A stretch of DNA of 8,653 nucleotides, taken from Paraspadella gotoi. Its lineage: Eukaryota > Animalia > Chaetognatha. Shown one piece after another: positions 1 through 7,899 of the stretch. Within the stretch, counting starts at the first letter, position 1. The number at the start of each line of letters is the position of its first letter. Under the pieces are notes generated by a model. It was not told where the DNA came from. It ran no database searches and saw nothing but the letters and a program-made list of their open reading frames with translations. The stretch spans positions 1-8,653 of the forward strand of contig JBJCIZ010000069.1 of NCBI GenBank assembly GCA_051294375.1, in the 5' to 3' direction. The position numbers and the translations under genes are program-made.

Positions 1-441
1 CGCCTCAGCGTCATCTAGGCATTGCCAAAGTCGGGTGTTATCTCTCTGCCTCTGAGACGATTCTGACGTGAGAGACGAAATGTCCAGATGGAGCCTTTCA
101 TTGGCAAGGCAAATGCCTTCTAACTGCCTAATGCTCGCTTGAGCAATATCGTCCTCGTCACAATCATCGCCGTCGCTAGAGTCAGAATCTATCGGCGGCG
201 GAGTCGGCCTATGCGCCTGAAACTGGGGTAAGGAAGACCACGTCTCGGGCGGCAGAAGCTCCTGTTCAGCGCCAGCGCCAGCGTCTCTCGATTTCGACCG
301 GGCGCGGCGCATCGTACATCTGCTAAAGTCAAGCGATCTCGAACGCGATCGCGCGCGCGGGCGGACGCTTTTCTCTGCGCCCTCTTTCTCAATCTCCGGT
401 ATCGTCGCCGCTCTGGCCGTCGGGCGGACAAGGTCACTCAT
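1..441 (-). CDS. N-terminus of a long ORF running off the window; probable Gag/ORF1 of the downstream element copy
   Basis: Manual translation gives 147 stop-free codons from ATG 441: MSDLVRPTARAATIPEIEKEGAEKSVRPRARSRSRSLDFSRCTMRRARSKSRDAGAGAEQELLPPETWSSLPQFQAHRPTPPPIDSDSSDGDDCDEDDIAQASIRQLEGICLANERLHLDISSLTSESSQRQRDNTRLWQCLDDAEA. The Gag identity is positional only. Confidence 0.6.
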   Translation of the reverse strand, partial: MSDLVRPTARAATIPEIEKEGAEKSVRPRARSRSRSLDFSRCTMRRARSKSRDAGAGAEQELLPPETWSSLPQFQAHRPTPPPIDSDSSDGDDCDEDDIAQASIRQLEGICLANERLHLDISSLTSESSQRQRDNTRLWQCLDDAEA

Positions 442-1014
442 CCTGATGACCCGACGTTGAGGGCGGGGAGAGAAAAGAGGTAGCGGTGCGCCCGGGCGAA
501 GGGGCTGCCGGCGGAAAATATCTTTGAATTTAATTGTTATTGTTAATGTTAACGTTCACGTCTGATGCGAGTTAATATTTTGTTTAATTTTGTATTTTTT
601 TGTATTTTTTTGTTAAAGAACCTCAGCCGTTTACAGTTTTACTCGTTTTATATATATTCTCAAAAAAAATTATTGCTCTTTTGTTTTTGTATCAATTTTT
701 CTCTCGATCTGTATTTTTCGACTTTTTGGCCGTTTTTCTTTTTTTCTCAGAGAGAGAAAAAATGAAGGGGGGGGGTAAGCGACTTTGCTAAACGTTTCAA
801 GAATATTCTCTCTTCCAAAGTTTTTGCGAGGATAAGAAATATTGGCGACACAGTCGTTCTCGATAAATCTTCACAACTCCGCAACTTTTGGATCGACCGA
901 AAACGGGAGAAAAATTCTTTTAGATAAAATGTTGGACGTTTGGCGTCGCAGCCTCAAACGGAGTCAGACAGAGAGAGAAAAATATTTCTTTTTTTTTTTG
1001 AGAGAGACTGTTAC

Positions 1015-1043
1015 GTTTATGTTATGTTTATGTTTATGTTTAT
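1015..1043. repeat. (TTTATG)n microsatellite, imperfect
   Basis: gtttatgttatgtttatgtttatgtttat. Confidence 0.7.
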
Positions 1044-1360
1044 ATTTTGTATTGTTGAAACGCTGTAGTTGATGCTTTAGTTTTATAGTTTTCTTCCTAA
1101 CGGATTATTTGTAAAGTGCCTTCCTAACAATTTAGATTTTAACGCTAGAGTCCATCGGTAAAAAAAAGGAGAGAGAGGAGGGAGGGGGTGAAGATTGGGG
1201 GTCGGTGGTGAAAGAGAAGAGAGAAATAATAGAGACGATGAGAGGAATTTACTGTTGACGACACTGATCAGTTAGTCTCCAGAGTATTCTAATTTAGAAA
1301 TGCATTAGTATTTGAGTTTAGTAGGAATAGTCGGCGGTTTTTTTTTTTATATTAGTTTAA

Positions 1361-1423
1361 AGTTTATGTTTTTCGCTTTAATGTTTACTGTTTTTCGTTT
1401 TTAAGTTACTGTTTTTCGCTTTA
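1361..1423. repeat. Three degenerate tandem copies of a 20-23 bp unit (core TGTTTTTCG(C/T)TTT)
   Basis: agtttatgtttttcgcttta / atgtttactgtttttcgttttta / agttactgtttttcgcttta. Confidence 0.75.
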
Positions 1424-1612
1424 TTTTTTTATTTCGGGGGTGGGGTTTGAGAAATCGACAGTTGGGAGTTTTTACGCCTATTGTTAGGGGGGGGTATCGA
1501 AAGGATTCTTCGGGCTGTTGGGGGCTGCGGGGTAACGGGCGTTCTATGTCATTCACTGGAAAGCAGGGGGAGGAGGGAAATGGGGACCTGGTCTTCTCGC
1601 TCTACGCGACTC

Positions 1613-1834
1613 TTACTTGTCCGCCTCTGTTGTTAAAGGCGTATACAGTTTCACTTGACGTCGACTTCGTCGTCGTGATTTTGTAGTCCACGTCTTCGGA
1701 GAAAAATCTGGATCGCGCTTGTAGGAGAGAGCGGCGTCTTGCGTGGCTGCGTCGTCGTCGGCGGGCGCGGTCGGAGCGGCGGTCAGCCAATGAGCAAAAA
1801 TTCGAGCGAGACGCAGGCGGTTAAATCTTTCCAT
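1613..1834 (-). CDS. Small leader ORF (73 aa), unknown function
   Basis: ATG-initiated ORF in a GC-rich island within an otherwise low-complexity leader. No recognisable motif. Confidence 0.35.
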   Translation of the reverse strand: MERFNRLRLARIFAHWLTAAPTAPADDDAATQDAALSYKRDPDFSPKTWTTKSRRRSRRQVKLYTPLTTEADK

Positions 1835-2182
1835 CGGGAAAGGCGCATAGAGATAAACGAATGAGAGAGAGAGAAAGGAGAAAAAGGGAGAAAAGTGGCG
1901 GTGGGAGAAAGAAATTTAAATTTTGAAAGTTGTAGTTCTGATTTAGTCTATTATAGAGTTTGTTGTCGTTTTGAAGTCGAAAGTTTAAAGTTAAAACAAA
2001 TGTTTTCGTCTTTCTATGATAGTGTCAGATTCCTCAGAAAATAAACGACTTTGCAGTTTTTAACGTTTGTGTAGTAAAGGGCGGGAAGCGGGGGAAGGTC
2101 AGAAGGTGAGATGAGAGATAGATGAAGGAAAGCGGCAAGACGAAAGTTCAGAAAAAGGAGGTGAGAGCGATTGTCGTCTGAC

Positions 2183-2218
2183 GAAAATTAATCCAGGGCG
2201 TAGAAAATTAGTCCAGGG
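2183..2218. repeat. Direct repeat with 20-bp period
   Basis: GAAAATTAATCCAGGG (2183-2198) and GAAAATTAGTCCAGGG (2203-2218). Confidence 0.8.
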
Positions 2219-2452
2219 TTAGTCGAGACGGCGGCGAAAATTCGAGTCAATGTCGGCGTGGGAGGGAAGGACATCGACCGAAGGGAGAAAGTGGGCGAGA
2301 CTTGGGGGCGGGGTCAAGGACCTGGTTATTTTGTTTATTCTGGGCTCTTATTTTTTTTTTGAAGTCAAGGTTAGTTGGGATTTTTTTGCCGGTAGAGGCA
2401 CAGGACTCGAAGGATGGGGTCTTATGTGGTTAAAGTTCGAGCGACGTCACAA

Positions 2453-2460
2453 GGGCGCCA
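2453..2460 (-). other. Candidate primer-binding site TGGCGCCC (tRNA-Lys-like)
   Basis: Matches the first 8 nt of known tRNA-Lys PBS sequences (TGGCGCCCGAAC / TGGCGCCCAACG). It is short and lies 27 nt from the proposed LTR end. Confidence 0.4.
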
Positions 2461-2487
2461 CTCTAACTGGTGGGCTCTGGGCCTAAC

Positions 2488-2819
2488 TGTGTCTCACGTC
2501 TAGTAGAAACCAAAAGGAATGGGAGGAGAGTAAATGTATTTCACAACTGAGGTCTAAACTCTATCCGAAAAATATAAAATGTCCAAAAAAAGGGAGAGAG
2601 AAAGAGGCGGAGAGAGAGAGAGAAGATGGACTGAACCTAAACTTGAACGCGACCCCGAATCCCCGTGAGGAGGATGAGGAGGGAGGAGGAATAGAGAGAG
2701 AAGAGGAGCTGTAGACCCGCGACGTCTACCGGCCTTCGATTCTGGGTTCAACATGCAAATTTATTTATTTTTGATCAGTTATCAAATTAATAAAATAACT
2801 CTTCTCTCGCACTTACACA
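2488..2819 (-). repeat. Candidate LTR (332 bp, TGTGT...ACACA termini)
   Basis: Starts immediately after the PPT. Termini form an inverted repeat (AACTGTGT 2485-2492 / ACACAGTT 2815-2822). Minus-strand AATAAA at ~2759-2768. No second copy in the window; the left end could lie nearer 2465. Confidence 0.5.
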
Positions 2820-2820
2820 G

Positions 2821-2831
2821 TTCCCCCTCTC
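2821..2831 (-). other. Polypurine tract (plus-strand primer)
   Basis: The minus strand reads GAGAGGGGGAA-c-TGTGTAAG: a purine run 1 nt before TG, downstream of pol in the correct orientation. Confidence 0.65.
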
Positions 2832-2965
2832 ACACATTAGGCTTATCTTAACACATTTAAGTGATCTAATCGCCATTAAGGTTAAACTTTTAGGCACAAT
2901 CATTCTCTCCGATCTTTCAATCTATATGGTAGACACCTGCGAATCGATAATGAATCACAGGAGTC

Positions 2966-3247
2966 GTGGTCGTTGTGCCAAATCGGCCCAGGTACCCCTT
3001 TACTGTGACCCTTACCCAATTCGTTGAAGAGATCGGCGAGGGTCTCACGGGTGGGCAGATTGCGGGAATCGCGGTCGGCGCCATTCTTTTTCTCGTTGTC
3101 TTCGCAGTGTTGGCGTGCATTTTCTGTCGCCGCTCTGGATGCCAAGTCCGGGCAGCGGCATTAAATGTCCGCCTCCCCTGCGTTGACGCCGAGGTCCAGG
3201 ATGCCGTCGTTTCCGGATCCTTCGAATTGCAACCTGTTGAGGCGTAA
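2966..3247 (+). CDS. Small single-pass membrane protein (~93 aa visible; true start uncertain)
   Basis: GLTGGQIAGIAVGAILFLVVFAVLACIFCRR is a typical type I/III TM helix followed by Cys and basic stop-transfer residues, in a GC-rich island. There is no in-frame ATG. The start may come via the acceptor CACAG at 2959 or, with one indel, from the ATGs at 2926/2950. Confidence 0.7.
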   Translation: MVVVPNRPRYPFTVTLTQFVEEIGEGLTGGQIAGIAVGAILFLVVFAVLACIFCRRSGCQVRAAALNVRLPCVDAEVQDAVVSGSFELQPVEA

Positions 3248-3296
3248 AACATAAAAAATTTAATATATGAACCCTTAAGCTTAACCTATATCTCTC

Positions 3297-3304
3297 TATA
3301 TAAG
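3297..3304 (+). promoter_or_regulatory. Candidate TATA box for the spliced antisense gene
   Basis: TATATAAG about 70 nt upstream of ATG 3367, between the two + strand genes. Confidence 0.35.
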
Positions 3305-3425
3305 ACAGGGCCTAGGGACCTTTAGGACCCCTTTCTATTGAACAATTGAGGAGGTATAACAATTTAATGGTAGGGAATAGGAGAGCTAAGGATCCCAACT
3401 ACTAATGATACAATAATCCACCCAG

Positions 3426-4143
3426 CTCATCATCTCTCTCGCCGAATCCGGCACACTCCCACCTTGCCGGATGAATGTTCAATGTCCGGATACAACAATC
3501 CGGGAAGAACTCCGCCAGAGCGGCATGGTATGTATCATATGAATGTTTTTTACTCCCAACTTATTTGTAGTTGTATCCTTCTCAAACCTCTCTCCCTACA
3601 GAAAGATGGACAAACGGGACACTTCTCAGTGACCGATACCCAGGGCCACATCATCATCGGGCCCTTCGAAGAGGCTCAGACGCCCGGCGCTACCTCCAAG
3701 AAGTTCGACAAAGTTCTCGAGAACTTCAAGGAGGACTACAAGCGCCAAGCCAGCATCATCGCGGGCGTCTGGGGCCTAATCGGCGCTCTGATCCTGAACA
3801 GTGAGTCCAATTATCCTAATTTCTAAAAAAATCAATATTAGTACACACACGAATTAATAGTAATTCATATGATTAGTATTAAAATAATCAATTGCATAGT
3901 CATGACCATTTTCTATTTCTCTCTTACAGCCTTGATCACCGCCCTTCGTCAATGCCTTCGGAAGAAGGATCCCGACGGCTTCTTCCGGCTGGAAAAGGTC
4001 TACTATGTGAGTATAATAATGATTGAATAACATATATTAATCAATTATACAGTGAAATTTACAAGTGGTAACCCATTCTCTAATTCGTTCTACAGCCACG
4101 GCAAAGACCCGGCACAAACGCCGTGCGCGTCTCCCACGTTTGA
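3426..4143 (+). CDS. Spliced gene for a ~126-142 aa single-pass membrane protein. Exons 3426(or ATG 3471)-3527, 3602-3800, 3930-4006, 4096-4143; possible ATG micro-exon at 3367-3369
   Basis: Donors GTATGT (3528), GTGAGT (3801) and GTGAGT (4007); pyrimidine-rich acceptors ending TACAG at 3601, 3929 and 4095. Phases 0/1/0 join into one open frame: LIISLAESGTLPPCRMNVQCPDTTIREELRQSGM|KDGQTGHFSVTDTQGHIIIGPFEEAQTPGATSKKFDKVLENFKEDYKRQASIIAGVWGLIGALILNT|LITALRQCLRKKDPDGFFRLEKVYY|PRQRPGTNAVRVSHV*. Exons are GC-rich and introns AT-rich. Confidence 0.8.
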
Positions 4144-4190
4144 ACGCCGATTAGAAAAAAACAAAAGACACGCGCAATTCATCATTTATC

Positions 4191-4196
4191 ATTAAA
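4191..4196 (+). terminator. Candidate polyadenylation signal (ATTAAA)
   Basis: Lies 47 nt after the TGA at 4141-4143, in the AT-rich gap where this gene and pol converge. Confidence 0.3.
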
Positions 4197-4406
4197 TTTC
4201 GCCAATATAATCTCATCCATTGAAATTGCATTTAATAATTATTTGTCACATTTATTTAATTAAACAAGTAAAACGATTTGGTATTTTCTCAAACAAAATA
4301 TTCAAAAAAAAAGAATCCAAATAGTCAGCAATTGCAACGAAATACAACGAAGTATCTAGTGAAAATAAGAATACAAAATTCAAAATCCCACATTTACGAT
4401 ATTGTC

Positions 4407-5959
4407 TCATTCGGCGAAAATAAGATGAATTGCATCAATAGCGATCCCTGCATTTGTAGAAGCAGAGCGGCGAGCAGCCAAACGGGTAAGAGGCGGTTCG
4501 CAGGCGGGCATGGCACGGCGGTCCAGCGTTCTCATTTTGTCAACCATTTTGATGAGGCTCTCTCTGGACAAGTTTGAACGAATAAGATGATCTCCAGGGA
4601 ATACTTTAAATTCACCAGAGACTAGAGAATGGCACTTGAATGAATTCGTTGCTATTTTGGCAACTATTTCCCACGAATCTTGATCCACTTTCCTTTGAAT
4701 TTTTCGTGGAGAACCAAGAAAAAACGAAGTCTTCTTCTTCATGACTAAATCTCCAACTTTTAGATGAGATGTAATATCTCTCGGATTTTCGCGTTTCCGG
4801 CGTTGAAGGAACCGGTTCACATCATGGCGCAAAAATGTCATTCTGAAGTCTTCTCCTTGCTTCCAATGTTTCTCTCACACTCTTTGCCGGCGCCGTCACG
4901 CCGCTAGATGGCAGTTCTCCTCCGGGTCCAACAGGTTTTGCAGATGAACGAACAAAAATGGACGTCAGAAGGACTTTTCCAGATAAAATATCTGTACAAT
5001 GTTGAATTGTAAACAACTCTAGCTTTCGCCGACGAGAGAATGAAATGGAAGATGAGGTTCATGTTCTTGTAATTTGAGCATTATTCTCGTAATGAATTGA
5101 TGAATCTCTCTACTTTAGACTGACATCTTGACACATTTGCCAATCCATGTATCAACTCCACTCCATGTTGACTAAGGATATTGGCTGAGGGAGTGTTTTG
5201 ATTTACAAAGAGCATTGTCAGCATGGATGCGACGAGGTAACCACTCCACTCTTGTCTTATCTTCATTAGACAATCCACTAACTTCCTTTGTCTTGGTAGA
5301 TTTTGTAGGATATGCCCATGCATATCTGGAGAAGAGGTCCACAGCACAAAAAATGTACGGAAATGCAGCATCATTGTGAAGGGTCCTGCAAAGTCAATTG
5401 CAACGGAGTTTCCTGGCTCCATGGGTGTCTGCATCCCTCTTCATCTCTGGAACCTTTTTGGTGATTGTTCTGAAGGCAGATTGCACAATTTCTGATGTAT
5501 GTAGAAATCTTCTCTCTCATTCCATGAATGTAGTAACTTTTTTCCCAAAGTTTTAAGGTTCAATTCACTCCAGCATGAGTTGCTGGCAGGATCACGATCC
5601 CAACAACAACATATCAAACCTTGATTGACCGCAGCAAATTTTGTTTCATGAGTCTTACTCAAAAGACGATGAAATTCCATCTCAGACACAACAAGGAGAA
5701 ACTTGATTCCTCCATCAGGGGCTGTCCACAAGCGCAGTAGCACTCCCTGATTACTGATGATGAAGAGACTGCGGTGAGAAAGGAATGCCAAAGTCCCCAT
5801 AGATAAAAGCAAAGCTTCATGTTTATCTGGAACTTCATCTTTTTCTTTCAAATAATCAATTTTTTCACTCACATCAGGCGGCTGTTGCATTTCCAAGATT
5901 TTCTGGAGAACTTTGTCTGCAAAAACTGGAACTTCCTTGGCTTTAATTGGCTCATCCAC
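4407..5959 (-). pseudogene. Integrase: HHCC zinc finger, DD(35)E core, and GPY/F-like C-terminal module
   Basis: H (HETK, 5650), H (THAGVN, 5577) and CAIC (5487-5476). D in VAIDFAGPF (5395), D in IHADNA (5219), E in SKVERF (5110). C-terminal LKVGDLVMKK...WEIVAKIATNSF. Confidence 0.92.
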
Positions 5960-6489
5960 AACTTCGTCAACTTCCTCAGTGTGGCCTGAAGCTACATCTT
6001 TATCTGAGAGTTGAACAATTGAGACTGTCCAAGGGGCAAGAAGACCTTTCCACTTCTTGATTTCACGCTTTCTGCGACGCCTTGTAACTCTACTGTGAGT
6101 AGCACCAATTGAAGAGATGGAATAGCTCCTTTGTCTAATTCCTTCTCTATTAGACTGTCCGGATCCCAGTCATCTGATGAACACTCTACTTTGTCACCGA
6201 CTGCCGACGGAGGGTGTGCCGGATCAGTGGAATCATTTGCCGGAAAATGCGTCCACTCAGTGTCATCCATATCCGGAGTCGGGTCCCGGCTGACATTTCA
6301 ATGTGGGAGACTATTAAGCTTAGACATAGTAGTCCTCTTCTTGCTTTAAAAATTGAACACAATTCATCTGAAATACTTTTATTCAGAAGTGATTCAAGCG
6401 AACTTTTTCTCGCTTTACCATTCAGAATCCTGCCTTGGAGAAACCTTTCTGTCATAAGTAGCCATCTCCTCCATCATTTTCTTCCCATC

Positions 6490-6895
6490 TGCTCACACAA
6501 TCAGCTGGAATTTGCTTAGAGTTCAATAAAAAGAATCTTGAAGTCAAAACTCTGAAGATAAGATAGATTCTTTTCAAAAATGCATCAATCGACTTTGTCC
6601 AGGTTAGCCCATCTTCTGCAACACTTGACTATCAGTGATTATGTAGAATGGTCCGCAGTGAAAGATAGCTAAATCTTTGAACTGTTTCATATAAGAGCCA
6701 AAAACTCTTTATAAAACGTTGGCAAACTTCTTTTTGCTGGAACCAAAGTCTTTGAATAACATTGGACAATGTAGAGTTGCCCTCTTGTCTCTATCAGCGC
6801 CAGCTGCAATCTCTGCTGAAGTTGGAAAAAGCTTTTGCATAATCACAGATCCAATGGCATGCTGAGAGCCATCTGTGAGCACAATCAGCTCATCT
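6490..6895 (-). pseudogene. RNase H domain, Ty3/Gypsy type (frameshifted)
   Basis: LIVLTDGSQHAIGSVIMQ, then PFYIITDSQ (~6652-6626), then IPADCVSR (~6512-6489, equivalent to NxxADALSR). Confidence 0.9.
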
Positions 6896-7019
6896 TCAAG
6901 CTTGGTTGAGGGAACTCTCACCCTCCCAAGTTTTTCATCCAGAAGTACACTTTTTTGCTTTTTCAAATGCTGTTTTGTGATTTCAGTGACTTGAACTTTG
7001 GTCTTTCCTTTTGCTAAAT

Positions 7020-7880
7020 CACGCAATGGCCCAAGTGCTTCACTCAGCTTAGGGTTGCAAGCTAGGAACCAAGAGAAAAAAGCAAGGCTTAGAAATAAGG
7101 TCCTTCCTTGAGTCAGGAAAGGTGAGTTTTAGCAATCTTCTCAATCTTCTCCCCTGACATTCCTTTTGCTCCTTCTGAGACTTCATGCCCGAGAATCCTC
7201 AGTTTGTCCACCCCAATGTCACTCTCTTGGCAGACAAAAAGCAGGTGTATAGGTTGAGCAAATAGCTATGGTCAGAGGTAGATCTGCATCCAGATGTTGC
7301 TTCATGTTCTTGGAGTAGGTAGATGTGGTCATCAATGAAGGGCTTGCATCTTTTTGTGAATGTCAAAACATTCTCGACACCCATTGTTGAGCATACCAGG
7401 ACCAACACTGATCCCCATTGGACATCTGAGGTATCTGAAGAACTTTCCCAGAACAAAGAATCCAGTGAACTTTTTAGATGAATCTTCATCCATCAACAGT
7501 TGATGATAGAATCCGGCAGCATCCAAGTTGGAGAAAAATTGTGTAATCACCACTGGCAATTTCCCTCCTGAACTCTTCCATTTCGGTAGTGGGAAGTGAT
7601 GAGGCATCAGAGCTTGATTCATTTTTCTGTAATCAACGCACATTCGCTCTTGGTGACCTCTCTCTTCTCTGTACAACATATCTGCTCTCCAGAATAATGT
7701 GGATGTTTGACAGCCCAACTATCATCTGAATTTGTCATCTCAGTAATGACTCCTTGTTTGAGAAGCTTGTCAATATGCTGCTTGATAAAGGGAATCTTTG
7801 CGTCAGAGTGTTTTCTCACTTTGTCTTTCATGGGAATGTCTGTTGAAGATTTGAGTTTGATTGGATTCATCCTCACTCCA
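7020..7880 (-). pseudogene. Reverse transcriptase domain (frameshifted)
   Basis: IDKLLKQGVI, RMCVDYRKMNQ...HFPLP, FFSNLDAAGFYHQL, YLRCPMGISVGP, catalytic FIDD (7339-7328), ILGHEVSEG (~7196-7170) and thumb LSEALGPLRDL. Confidence 0.95.
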
Positions 7881-7899
7881 GTGAAAGTTTCAGGTTTTT

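Noticed and set aside
189-437. Arg-rich 82-aa minus ORF (protamine- or Rev-like)
   Set aside because: GTG start, and it is an alternate frame of the longer ATG-initiated ORF 441->1.
565-1072. Hydrophobic + strand ORFs (565-765, 600-791, 842-1072)
   Set aside because: Phe/Leu richness comes from T-runs and a microsatellite in low-complexity leader DNA.
1178-1586. G-quadruplex clusters on the + strand
   Set aside because: G-runs mostly occur in groups of three or are widely spaced; general strand bias explains them.
1361-2218. Short repeats as a CRISPR array
   Set aside because: Only 2-3 adjacent degenerate units with no unique spacers and no cas genes.
2900-3252. Minus-strand ORFs 2900-3145 and 2917-3252 as a sense env remnant
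   Set aside because: No signal peptide, fusion peptide or TM helix; they are shadows of the + strand TM ORF.
3242-3425. Fusion of the two TM genes by splicing from GTAAAA at 3244
   Set aside because: Weak donor and phase incompatible with the 3426 exon frame; a TATA-like element lies between the genes.
3464-3826. Unspliced ORFs 3464-3826 and 3571-3804
   Set aside because: The first reads through introns and the second is an off-frame shadow; the spliced model explains composition and completes the TM helix.
7020-7880. Prokaryotic RT system (retron, group II intron, DGR) or DIRS element
   Set aside because: The RT is LTR-type, is followed by RNase H and a DDE integrase rather than a tyrosine recombinase, and neighbours spliceosomal introns.
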